In this document: positions 1 to 7,793 of the stretch, one piece after another
Layout of the letters: every line of letters starts with the position of its first letter
Position numbering within the stretch: the first letter of the stretch is position 1
NCBI GenBank assembly: GCA_031269165.1
Contig: JAISZQ010000101.1
Location: forward strand, 1 to 43,875
Source of the DNA: Spirochaetaceae bacterium
Lineage (GTDB): Bacteria > Spirochaetota > Spirochaetia > Treponematales > Breznakiellaceae
DNA length: 43,875 nt
Reading direction: 5' to 3'
Translations under genes and position numbers: made by a program
Notes under the pieces: model-generated
What the model was told of the DNA's origin: nothing
Database searches by the model: none
What the model saw: only the letters and a program-made list of their open reading frames with translations

Positions 1-291
1 CCCAAGATCATGCAGTGGCTGAAACAGACGTTCTCCCTCCGGTTCAACGTGCGGACGGGAAGGAAGGCGCATCTTTGGGGGGAGCGGTACTGGTCGGAGA
101 TTCTGGCGGGGGAGCCGCCGCCTGAAGCGGAAGAGGTGGACTGGGACGCGGTCGGGGCGGAGGCAAAGACACCAATCCCGGAGGCAATGGCCTACGCGCT
201 GAGTTGGGACAGCCTGAGGACGGGGGTCTGGGAGGCGAAAACGAGTTTTTCGCCCAAAAACCGGCCCAATCCCGCGTTTCCGCCCGGCTAA
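1..291 (+). CDS. IS200/IS605-superfamily Y1 transposase, RAYT/COG1943-like, 3' part only (5' end lies outside the window)
   Basis: The frame is open from nt 1 (PKI-MQWLKQTFSLRFNVRTGRKAHLWGERYWSEIL...). This matches the conserved ..MQxLKxxxxxxxNxxxxRxGHLWqgRY/FxS.. block around the catalytic Tyr of REP-associated tyrosine transposases. The HUH half is not in the window. Confidence 0.65.
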   Translation, partial: PKIMQWLKQTFSLRFNVRTGRKAHLWGERYWSEILAGEPPPEAEEVDWDAVGAEAKTPIPEAMAYALSWDSLRTGVWEAKTSFSPKNRPNPAFPPG

Positions 292-313
292 CCGGGGGCA
301 AAGCCCCCGGTTT
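292..313 (+). terminator. GC hairpin CCGGGGGC-AAA-GCCCCCGG followed by TTT, directly after the transposase stop
   Basis: Perfect 8-bp stem with a 3-nt loop, starting 1 nt after TAA 289-291. Only 3 T follow, so it is weak as an intrinsic terminator. Confidence 0.4.
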
Positions 314-480
314 ACGGCAAAAACGACGTTACAAACAGCCTCGGTGTCCCCGCCCCAAAACGGCCTCAAGAGAGATTTGCCCTCTGCCGCAACGCGAGAT
401 TGTGAAACAGCCTCTTCAGGCTATACTCGCAGTTTGAATGATGCCGGGCTCCTCGTTCAATTTTCGAAGTGGCGGCTGGA

Positions 481-1056
481 CTATCGTCTGAGAAGAACGG
501 TCGCCGTAATGGAAAAGAGTAACGCAAGAAGGCCGTTTGAAATGAAAACAAAGGGGATGCCTGAGATTTTCTTGCTGATGGGTTCCGATTGCGCGCGGAG
601 ATAAATCGAACCAAGCGTCAATGCGGATAAAATAAATCCGGCGAAAAAAGACAGGGAGAGAACGGCTGCTTCGGCAACGGAGGACGCGAGGCGCAGGGTC
701 GCAAAAAGTGAAAACACGCAGAGCGAGATTGACGAGAAAAAGGAATGGTCTGTTCCATAAAATAATTTCGCATGGAATTTCTGTTTGGGTACATGTTCGT
801 CGATGATATAAAACGTCAGCGCGCAGAAGGGGAAGATGAAAATGATGTCGAAAAAGCCGAGGGAGAGGGGCGTGAAGACAAACGTCCACAGCAACCAGAA
901 TAAAAACACGATAACGCTCAATGCGCCCCCGCGCAAAAAAGGGCCGCGCAAGGAAGCATCAATGTCCCGATAAATTTCCTTTATGCCTAAGCCGGTATGA
1001 AGGACGAGGTTCAAAAAAAACGACGCGAGAATGGCGCAGAGTACAATTTCGTTCAT
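481..1056 (-). CDS. rnfA: RnfA/NqrE-family membrane subunit, divergent
   Basis: 191 aa and very hydrophobic. The C-terminal ..ISGIPFVFISNGLLALLFS resembles RsxA ..GNAIALITAGLMSLAF. ATGA overlap with the upstream gene. The expected GLCPF motif reads GLGIKE. Confidence 0.6.
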   Translation of the reverse strand: MNEIVLCAILASFFLNLVLHTGLGIKEIYRDIDASLRGPFLRGGALSVIVFLFWLLWTFVFTPLSLGFFDIIFIFPFCALTFYIIDEHVPKQKFHAKLFYGTDHSFFSSISLCVFSLFATLRLASSVAEAAVLSLSFFAGFILSALTLGSIYLRAQSEPISKKISGIPFVFISNGLLALLFSITATVLLRR

Positions 1057-1778
1057 GTTTTCCTCCGATCCTGTTTTGTTTCCCGCCGGTCCGGTTCCCC
1101 TTGGTCCGATTCCCGCCGGTCTGTTTTTCGCCGTTCAATGACACGGAACAACACCATGATGAAGCCGACAAGCAAAAACGCTCCCGACGACAGGGATGCG
1201 ATTTCGACGGCGAACGAGAGGTTGCCTTCTTGGTGAAACAATTCGATGATACCGCCTGAGCCGCCCGGCAGACTCAGCGTCGCGTAGCCTAAGGGCTCCC
1301 GTATCAGCGCGATGACCATAATCAAAGCGCCTAACGAGAAACTTTCAAAAAAGCACCTTTTCAGGGCGAGGGGCAGGGGCAAGGCGGCGTACTTTTCAGA
1401 TATGTTTTCCGAATAGGCAAATATCGGCACAAACAGAGTGATAAAGAGGGTTTCCATCGCAAGGAGCGGCGTGATACAGTAGTAAACAAAGAAAAAAGCG
1501 CATCCCGCAAGATTGGCGAGAAAAACAGAGATAATTTTCCGGTTTTCCTGCGGAAACAGCGCTATTTTGCCGCCGCCTTGTTTGGGCACTTTCAGCCTTT
1601 TTAAGGCTTCCGCGATCAATACGGTAAGTACATAGACGACCACCAGATTGAGTGCCGCAATAAGGGCAAAGGCAAAGCGCGAGGACGCGACAATCAAAAG
1701 GGCGGTTGCAGAAAGAATCGTCAGCGGCCTGAAAAAAACTTTGAATAAAAACGTGATAACGTTATTTTTAACGCGCAT
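1053..1778 (-). CDS. rnfE: RnfE/NqrD-family membrane subunit, divergent
   Basis: The ORF track gives 1053..1895, but its first 39 aa are Arg-rich and overlap the upstream gene. MRVKNNVITFLFKVFFRPLTILS (start 1778) aligns with RsxE ..[20 protein letters not shown], and IALIREPLGYATL aligns with LGSLREIIGNGTL. Both canonical Cys positions are substituted. The C-terminal tail is a DRRE-type repeat. Confidence 0.6.
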   Translation of the reverse strand: MRVKNNVITFLFKVFFRPLTILSATALLIVASSRFAFALIAALNLVVVYVLTVLIAEALKRLKVPKQGGGKIALFPQENRKIISVFLANLAGCAFFFVYYCITPLLAMETLFITLFVPIFAYSENISEKYAALPLPLALKRCFFESFSLGALIMVIALIREPLGYATLSLPGGSGGIIELFHQEGNLSFAVEIASLSSGAFLLVGFIMVLFRVIERRKTDRRESDQGEPDRRETKQDRRKT

Positions 1779-2313
1779 TGCCCCGTCCCTCCTTTGCGTT
1801 TTTTCCTTGGATAACTTTTTCCGCAGCCCTTTGCAGACGGCTCGTGTAAAAATCCATGACCCCCGGCGCAAGCCGCTCATGGAGTGCCGCCGCATTTCTT
1901 GTCAGCGGGACAAGTTCGATAGCCCCATTTGTTCCGATGATTGCCAGAAACGGCGCGAATATTCCGTCACGGATCACGGGAAAGGCTACGGCGATGCTTT
2001 CGCTTCCGTTGAGCGTCCACCACGAACCGAGTTGCATCGCGGACCCGTCCATCCGCCACGGGGTAATGGGAGCATTCAGACTTCTGCCGTCTCCCCTTTG
2101 CAGAAGAGCCTTGTTCACTTCGTTTTCCAAGAGTCTTGTCCGAGGACCGGCGCTTAACAGGAACAACAGCAACACTATCAGAGAAAAAATGCCGCACCAT
2201 AACAGCGTGAGGCCCTTGTCGCCTGCTTTGACCGCAAAGACCTCAATCTTGAGGGAGATTTTTTGCAGAAAGGCGTTGACCTTATTATCGAGTATATTCA
2301 CCATAATCTCCAT
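1768..2313 (-). CDS. N-terminally anchored 181-aa protein in the RnfG position; no recognisable FMN-attachment motif
   Basis: The gene lies between the rnfD-like and rnfE-like genes and overlaps both. It has one TM segment (LTLLWCGIFSLIVLLLFLL) followed by a soluble domain. No (S/T)GA(T/S) occurs anywhere in the protein. The assignment is positional only. Confidence 0.35.
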   Translation of the reverse strand: MEIMVNILDNKVNAFLQKISLKIEVFAVKAGDKGLTLLWCGIFSLIVLLLFLLSAGPRTRLLENEVNKALLQRGDGRSLNAPITPWRMDGSAMQLGSWWTLNGSESIAVAFPVIRDGIFAPFLAIIGTNGAIELVPLTRNAAALHERLAPGVMDFYTSRLQRAAEKVIQGKNAKEGRGNAR

Positions 2314-3344
2314 TTTTTGAGTTCCTCTTTCGAGATCCGTCTTTCATAGAGGATTCTTCGTTCCAGAACGCGGAGTATCGGCAGCATCGTGTTCAAAAGA
2401 GCGATGGCGAAGAACGCCCCGTAAAACTCCATGTGTAAAAACCGGAACACGAACGTAAGCACGGCGGCGGCGAGTACATAGATGACGCTCCCGGCGTTGG
2501 ACTTAGACCCGGTTACCGGATCAGACAGGAGATAGAATGCGGTTACCAGGGTGCCGCCCGAACAGAGCGCGTAGAACATATCGCCGTCGGCCTCTTGAAC
2601 TCCCATCCCGGCAATACGCACGAGGAAGAGATAGGCGGCAAGGTACAGGAAAGGCATCCACCCGCGGAAGGTTACACAGGAAACGATGATAACGCTGCCG
2701 ACGATCAGCGCGAAAATCCCCCGGTCCGCAATGATTCCGGCGGAGGGTAACGTAAAAAGATCGACATAGGTAGGCGGAAGCCGCACCTCAAACAGCGCAA
2801 AGACATGCTCGTTCAGAAACTCGCTCATCGCTTCCCCATTGGCGGAGAGGCCGGATGCCACCGGAGGGTAACTTACCGGATCAAGCGGCGCGGTTTCGAG
2901 ACTGGTCTGCCAGATCTTGGTCCACGAAAAACGGACCGCCAGCGCGCCGCCCAGCGCGGGGTTGAGCCAGTTCGAGCCGAGACCGCCTGAGGGATAACGG
3001 ACGACTGCTATGGCGAAGGCCGCGCCGAAAACGGCAAACCCCGGGTGTATTCTGTTGGGAAGGAGCATCGCAAGGACGAGGGCGGTTACGATGACGCTGC
3101 CGTCATAGATCGTGCGCCGCCCGGTTACCAGGCATATCAGAGCCTCGGTGAGCAGAGCCGCCAGCACGGCAGCAAGCGCGACCCACATTGAAGAAAAATC
3201 GTCGCTGAGAGACGACTGGAGAACTACCAAAAAAGCGCATGCGGCAACGATGTACATACGCGCCTCCGTGGGTAGCACGAGGCTTTTTTGGGAAACGGCG
3301 CCGAAACCGCCGATCGTCTGCGGACGAGAAATGGTATAGTTCAT
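2298..3344 (-). CDS. rnfD: RnfD/NqrB-family membrane subunit, divergent
   Basis: 348 aa polytopic protein. GGLGSNWLNPALGG and LSDPVTGSKSNAGSVIYVL match the family signatures GGlG.N.fNPAl and ATDPVTsP.T..G. 4-bp overlap with the rnfC-like stop. Confidence 0.8.
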   Translation of the reverse strand: MNYTISRPQTIGGFGAVSQKSLVLPTEARMYIVAACAFLVVLQSSLSDDFSSMWVALAAVLAALLTEALICLVTGRRTIYDGSVIVTALVLAMLLPNRIHPGFAVFGAAFAIAVVRYPSGGLGSNWLNPALGGALAVRFSWTKIWQTSLETAPLDPVSYPPVASGLSANGEAMSEFLNEHVFALFEVRLPPTYVDLFTLPSAGIIADRGIFALIVGSVIIVSCVTFRGWMPFLYLAAYLFLVRIAGMGVQEADGDMFYALCSGGTLVTAFYLLSDPVTGSKSNAGSVIYVLAAAVLTFVFRFLHMEFYGAFFAIALLNTMLPILRVLERRILYERRISKEELKKWRLW

Positions 3345-4885
3345 CGCGGCTGCTCCTTAAAAGGTGAGCGTGGAAGGGAAAGAGAAGATGAAACAGAACG
3401 TGAAGCCGAAGGCACAAAGCCCTTGATCACGGTGCAAAGCGGCAATCGTGAGGGACAGACCGCCTCGCAACAGGCGCACCCGTGGCATTGGGCGATAAGA
3501 TGGGAATAGGCTTCGTCATAATCCGATGTGGTGAGCCGTTTGCAGATGCCGTCCGGGTCAAGGCCGACCGGGCAAACGGTTCTGCACAGGCCGCAGTTGA
3601 TGCAGGACGTGCCGGACCGGTCGTGTTTTTCGCGTTTGTCGTAGGTAATAAAAGGTATTTTTTTGAGGAAGGAGAACGGGGACGCGCTTTCGGCAAACAC
3701 GGCGTACGTCGTTTTGGTTATCGGTTCGTCGAGGCTGGGCTGCAAGAGGCCGGATTTCTTGAGGCCGGGCCTCACGAGGCCGGGCCTCACGAGGCCGGGC
3801 CTCGAGAGGCCATCGAGATTATTGCGCTTGGTGGGGTTGAGGGAAGAGGCTTTTTGTCCGAGCAGGGTCGATCCGAAACCGACATATTCCGGCTCTTTTT
3901 TGAAGCCGCCGCACTGCTGAAATAACTCGCCGACTCGCGTCCCGATGCGGGCGTTAATAACCGCCGGATAGCGCACCGCCGATCCGCCGACCGCGACATA
4001 GCGCGACACGAGGGGTTTCCGCAGTTTTACCGCGTCATAAACTGCGGTGAGGCAGGCGGGGTCGATGAAGAGGAGCGCGCCCAGAGATTCCAGCGTCTTT
4101 TTTTCGTATTTACGGAGCGCGATCTCCATTTCGCGCCGTCCGTGCTGGGGATAGCGGGAACCGACCTGCACCAGTGTAACCGCCGGAGCCGCCGGCACTG
4201 CCGTAGCCGCCGCATTCCGCTTTTTCGCTTCTTCCAGCAACGCTTTTCCCGTCTCCTTCCGATTTTTCGAGACGGCAAAGATGATCCGGTCCGCTTCCAC
4301 CGCCCGCGCCGCAATAGAGGCGCCCTCGACGACAGCGGATGCGCGTTCCCGGCAGAGAATCGCGTCCGCAACAAGCCAGGGGTCGTCAAACACGCAACGC
4401 ACAACGAGGGTACGCATCCTTGCTTCGTTCAACTTTTCGACAAACAGACTTTGCAGGGGCCGTTCGCTGCCCGACATCTCGACAACGCCCGCCTCGTTGA
4501 TGAGGGCGCGTATCTCAAAAGGAGACAAATTTTCCCAGGGGAATTCTTCCCTTTTTTTGCCCAGGATCTCAAACCCCCCCTTAAACTTGATGACAAAGGC
4601 TTCGTTTTTTTGTGCGGGCGGCGTATCCCAGCCGCATGTTTGCACGATTTCGCCAGGAATCGGCGCGTGAATATCCGCCCCGCCTGAGTCCTGGGGCCGG
4701 GCAAGGAGTTCGCCCTCACGAATCGTATCCCCCACCCGCACGAGGGGACAGGCGGGCGAGCCGGAATGCTGCTTCAGCGGCACGACCGAAATACTGGGGA
4801 GAAACGCCAGCACACTTTTATCCGCCGCAGGCGCGTTCGGATCCTCAAAAGAAATGCCGCCACGGGAAAATTTATAGGTATTCAT
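3341..4885 (-). CDS. rnfC: RnfC-like subunit: N-terminal barrel domain and 2x[4Fe-4S] ferredoxin motifs retained, nucleotide-binding signatures degenerate
   Basis: Start moved to ATG 4885 (MNTYKFSRGGISF..), the RnfC-type N-terminus. Conserved blocks include VPLKQHSGSPACPLVRVGDTIREGELLA..IHAPIPGEIV, CINCGLCRTVCP and CHGCACCEAVCP. The ORF track start at 4924 adds 13 aa. Confidence 0.7.
   Translation of the reverse strand: MNTYKFSRGGISFEDPNAPAADKSVLAFLPSISVVPLKQHSGSPACPLVRVGDTIREGELLARPQDSGGADIHAPIPGEIVQTCGWDTPPAQKNEAFVIKFKGGFEILGKKREEFPWENLSPFEIRALINEAGVVEMSGSERPLQSLFVEKLNEARMRTLVVRCVFDDPWLVADAILCRERASAVVEGASIAARAVEADRIIFAVSKNRKETGKALLEEAKKRNAAATAVPAAPAVTLVQVGSRYPQHGRREMEIALRKYEKKTLESLGALLFIDPACLTAVYDAVKLRKPLVSRYVAVGGSAVRYPAVINARIGTRVGELFQQCGGFKKEPEYVGFGSTLLGQKASSLNPTKRNNLDGLSRPGLVRPGLVRPGLKKSGLLQPSLDEPITKTTYAVFAESASPFSFLKKIPFITYDKREKHDRSGTSCINCGLCRTVCPVGLDPDGICKRLTTSDYDEAYSHLIAQCHGCACCEAVCPSRLPLCTVIKGFVPSASRSVSSSLSLPRSPFKEQPR
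3761..3805. repeat. 3 x 15-bp tandem repeat GAGGCCGGGCCTCAC inside the rnfC-like gene
   Basis: Read directly from the sequence. Each unit is itself palindromic (GAGGCC/GGCCTC). It encodes (RPGLV)3 in the linker before the ferredoxin domain. Confidence 0.9.
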
Positions 4886-5070
4886 GTCTCCACTCTTATG
4901 CTGCCCCGGACAGAGCGCGCCCATGCGCCGCCGTGAGCGCCGACAAGACGCCGGTTCACCACGTCTTCGACTTTCGCTTTACGGACATCGGCCTCTTTAA
5001 GAACCCTGCGTTTTGCCGATAATCTATCGGATTCGTTCCCCCGCGTACGTTTTGCCTTCGTTTCACCCAT
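4882..5070 (-). CDS. Possible 62-aa basic small protein, translationally coupled to the rnfC-like start
   Basis: Its TGA overlaps the ATG of the rnfC-like gene (ATGA). There is no family resemblance, and it could be just 5' UTR in a GC-rich frame. Confidence 0.2.
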   Translation of the reverse strand: MGETKAKRTRGNESDRLSAKRRVLKEADVRKAKVEDVVNRRLVGAHGGAWARSVRGSIRVET

Positions 5071-5127
5071 AACTGCCCCCTTGTCGCAGTGTTTAGATCT
5101 TAGCGCTGAGTTCTCAACGCTCCGCTT

Positions 5128-6498
5128 TCATCGTACCCTTAGTATAGCAAATGGAAGCAATGTCGCCAATGCGATGAAAAACAGCGGAACACTCTCCGGC
5201 CACCTGTCGTGGAGGCGAAGCGGGGGAGAAACTGCGGAGACCGCAGCGGTTGCGGACGGCCCGCCTGTTCCTTCGATAAACGCCGCGAGACGGTCGAAGG
5301 GATAGGCCGGGATAACGCCTTCCTCTCTATCCGTCTCCATCTCGACTGTTCCCGCCGCGACATACAGACCGCTTGCGTCTTCTGTGTAACGCCGATAGGG
5401 CGGCGCGTCCTCCTCCCGGTTAATGCCCAGCGGCAGATAGGCAAATCCCGCTTGCCGCTGTCCATGCATGCGGTACTCCTCCTCGCCGACAAGGTTGCCG
5501 TAACCCTCGTTGGAAAAGTTGACAGAAAAACCCGCCGTCCCGCCGCCCGAACCGCTCAAGAACGAAGCCGTCGAGACGGCCGAGGCGATCACGCCCACCG
5601 CAAACAGGCACACGATAATGACCGGCGGGCGGCATCTTTCCAAACGGGGCGTTATTCCGCGCAGGGCCACCGGATAAAACAGGACGTGTCCCTGCCGTTT
5701 CGCCGTCCGCCACCGAACCCAGGCGGGCACTGTCCAGCCGAGCAGGAAAAGCGCGAAAGGAAAAACGGTAAGCGCGAATTGGGAAACGGAGGCCGCCCCG
5801 CCCGCCGCCGCACCGCTTGCAATAAAGGCCGCCGCCAAAAGCAACGACACGGCAACGGGCGTTTTTCTCAGAGGGATTTTTCGGCCGCGATCGGACGAAC
5901 GGCGGGCACGGTCGGATAAAAAATCCTTGAAAAACGACGGGATAAAGAGCCCGGCTATCATGAGCGTCGCCGCCCAAAGGGCCGTCTTCCCGATCATGCC
6001 GAACACCCGGCTGAACGGTGATTCCGCGTTACGCAGTATAATAATGGAAGAAACCGAAAACCCTGAAAGCGCGTCCCGGATGGCGGTCTCAATCACCTGA
6101 GCGTTCTTGTTCTGCCCGTTTGAGAGCGGTACGAAAAAACGGCGCGTCTTCTCGTTGACAAAAAACGCCCGCATGTTTTGCGCGTAAGCGTCCCGCCGGG
6201 GGTCGCCTTCCACGAGCCGTTCGTCCAGCATATCAAGCGGAACCTGCTCGACCCCAGTCCACGCGCTCAGCAAGAAAAACTGGGTTGACTCGCTTATAAC
6301 GCCCGGCATCCCGTTCTCGGTCAACGCGCCCGCAACTTCCCGGTCGGAAACCGAGGCCGGGCATTCCACCACGACGAAGGGAGACGAAAAGTTTACGGAC
6401 CCGCCGCCTTCTTCTCCGGTCAAGACCGCTGCCAGCAACGCCGCCGCGCAGGAAGAGACGGCCAAACAGAGGAGACGGATGTTCTTCATTTTCTTCAT
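5128..6498 (-). CDS. Multi-pass membrane protein with N-terminal signal sequence, unknown function
   Basis: Signal-like N-terminus MKKMKNIRLLCLAVSSCAAALLAAV, followed by several further hydrophobic segments. ATGA overlap with the upstream DUF212 gene. The opposite-strand ORF is Arg-rich junk. Confidence 0.6.
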   Translation of the reverse strand: MKKMKNIRLLCLAVSSCAAALLAAVLTGEEGGGSVNFSSPFVVVECPASVSDREVAGALTENGMPGVISESTQFFLLSAWTGVEQVPLDMLDERLVEGDPRRDAYAQNMRAFFVNEKTRRFFVPLSNGQNKNAQVIETAIRDALSGFSVSSIIILRNAESPFSRVFGMIGKTALWAATLMIAGLFIPSFFKDFLSDRARRSSDRGRKIPLRKTPVAVSLLLAAAFIASGAAAGGAASVSQFALTVFPFALFLLGWTVPAWVRWRTAKRQGHVLFYPVALRGITPRLERCRPPVIIVCLFAVGVIASAVSTASFLSGSGGGTAGFSVNFSNEGYGNLVGEEEYRMHGQRQAGFAYLPLGINREEDAPPYRRYTEDASGLYVAAGTVEMETDREEGVIPAYPFDRLAAFIEGTGGPSATAAVSAVSPPLRLHDRWPESVPLFFIALATLLPFAILRVR

Positions 6499-6971
6499 AG
6501 GTAGAAATACGCGCAGGCGATAAATATCCCTAAAAGCGAACCGACGGCGACCTCAAGCGGCGTGTGCCCGTACACTTCCTTGACCGGCAGATACTCAAGC
6601 CCCATCTTTCCCGCCACCAGTTTTCCCAGCACATTGAGGGCCTTTGCCTGCTGGCCGCTTGAACGGCGCACGCCCATCGCGTCCCGAATCACGATCATCG
6701 CCAGAAAGAACGACACGACAAAGAGGTCGGAGCCGAAGCCGTCACGCAACGCGACGGCAAGGGCCATCGCGACAACCAATGCCGCATGAGAGGAAGGCAT
6801 TCCGCCCGTCTCCCAGAGAAAGGTTTTCACGACGTTTCGCCCCGGATGCCTTGCGGGTTTCAACACGACAATGAGCGCTTTCAGGACTTGGGCGAGAAAC
6901 CAGCTTGAGATCGCGGACAAAAAGATAGGGTTTTCAAAAAAAGACCTGAGGGTCAATAAACGGGCACTCAT
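6495..6971 (-). CDS. Divergent PAP2 / DUF212 (acid phosphatase/vanadium-haloperoxidase-related) membrane protein
   Basis: The blocks FLAQVLKALI.., GGMPSSHAALVVAMA, IVIRDAMGVRR and LKEVYGHTPLEVAVGSLLG match the DUF212 family pattern. Confidence 0.75.
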   Translation of the reverse strand: MSARLLTLRSFFENPIFLSAISSWFLAQVLKALIVVLKPARHPGRNVVKTFLWETGGMPSSHAALVVAMALAVALRDGFGSDLFVVSFFLAMIVIRDAMGVRRSSGQQAKALNVLGKLVAGKMGLEYLPVKEVYGHTPLEVAVGSLLGIFIACAYFYL

Positions 6972-6976
6972 GCTTG

Positions 6977-7726
6977 TTAATCGGCGTCCTCCTCCGCTCC
7001 TTCCGGGAAAAGATACAAATCCTGCAACTTAAACGTGCGGGACATCGAGAAAGGGACGTCCGCCACACCTTCGCTTACCACCAGCACCTCAAAGAAATGG
7101 TTGAGCGTTTCAAACCCCTCGGTCTTAATCCGTACCGCAAACTCAAAGACGGACTGTTCACCCGCTGTTTTGGCCTCGGCCGGCCGGGGCCAAAAGGTAA
7201 ACGTGCCTTCCGTGTCCTTGACAAACCGATAGGGATTCTGCCAGTTGGCATCGCGCATCGCAACCAGTTCCCCGCCCTGGACAAGTTCCACATCGATACC
7301 GGACAAAGGCTCAAAATTGACCCCGTTGAAAACCCGCCCGATGATGACGGGAATATTGAACACGGTGCGGTCGCGTGCCACGTATTCCGCCTCTTTCGAG
7401 GAATGGGACTGGTGGTCAAAGTTAGGCCGCCGGTTATGCGCGACATCCTCAAGCGCCTTATAGATAAGCACCGTAAGGTCGATACCCTTCTGCCGCCGCT
7501 CAAGCGTCTCCCGTTCAAGCCTCGCCACACCGCGATTGGACACCACATACGAAGGTTGCGTCCGGTTCAGCACATAGCAGGCCGCATCCAGACGGCATTG
7601 ACCACAGGTACAGAGCTCCGGTTTCTGCCCGCTCGTCTCGATTTCGTCGCAAATCGCGTCTACTTCTTTGAGCACCAAGTCTTCCGTCAAATTGTGAATC
7701 TTGTGATTTTTAAGTACCGTTTCCAT
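6977..7726 (-). CDS. ComFB-domain protein with a C-terminal carboxypeptidase-regulatory-like beta-sandwich
   Basis: The N-terminus HNLTEDLVLKEVDAICDEIE...CTCGQCRLDAACYVLNRTQPSYVV is a typical ComFB signature. The C-terminal IIGRVFNGVNFEPLSGIDVELV is CarboxypepD_reg-like. Confidence 0.7.
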   Translation of the reverse strand: METVLKNHKIHNLTEDLVLKEVDAICDEIETSGQKPELCTCGQCRLDAACYVLNRTQPSYVVSNRGVARLERETLERRQKGIDLTVLIYKALEDVAHNRRPNFDHQSHSSKEAEYVARDRTVFNIPVIIGRVFNGVNFEPLSGIDVELVQGGELVAMRDANWQNPYRFVKDTEGTFTFWPRPAEAKTAGEQSVFEFAVRIKTEGFETLNHFFEVLVVSEGVADVPFSMSRTFKLQDLYLFPEGAEEDAD

Positions 7727-7793
7727 AATGATTCCCCGATTATCCTCAATTATCCTCTCGTGTTTTGGAACAGGTTCGACTATTCTGTTGAAT

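Noticed and set aside
1779-1895. N-terminal extensions given by the ORF track for several genes: rnfE-like to 1895, rnfC-like to 4924, esterase to 27574, SBP from 30937, permease from 32402, kinase from 34150, phosphatases from 15162, 16149 and 17286, and rpmH from 20472.
   Set aside because: The extensions lack RBSs, overlap upstream genes, or precede obvious signal peptides or family N-termini. Internal ATGs with good Shine-Dalgarno spacing were preferred.
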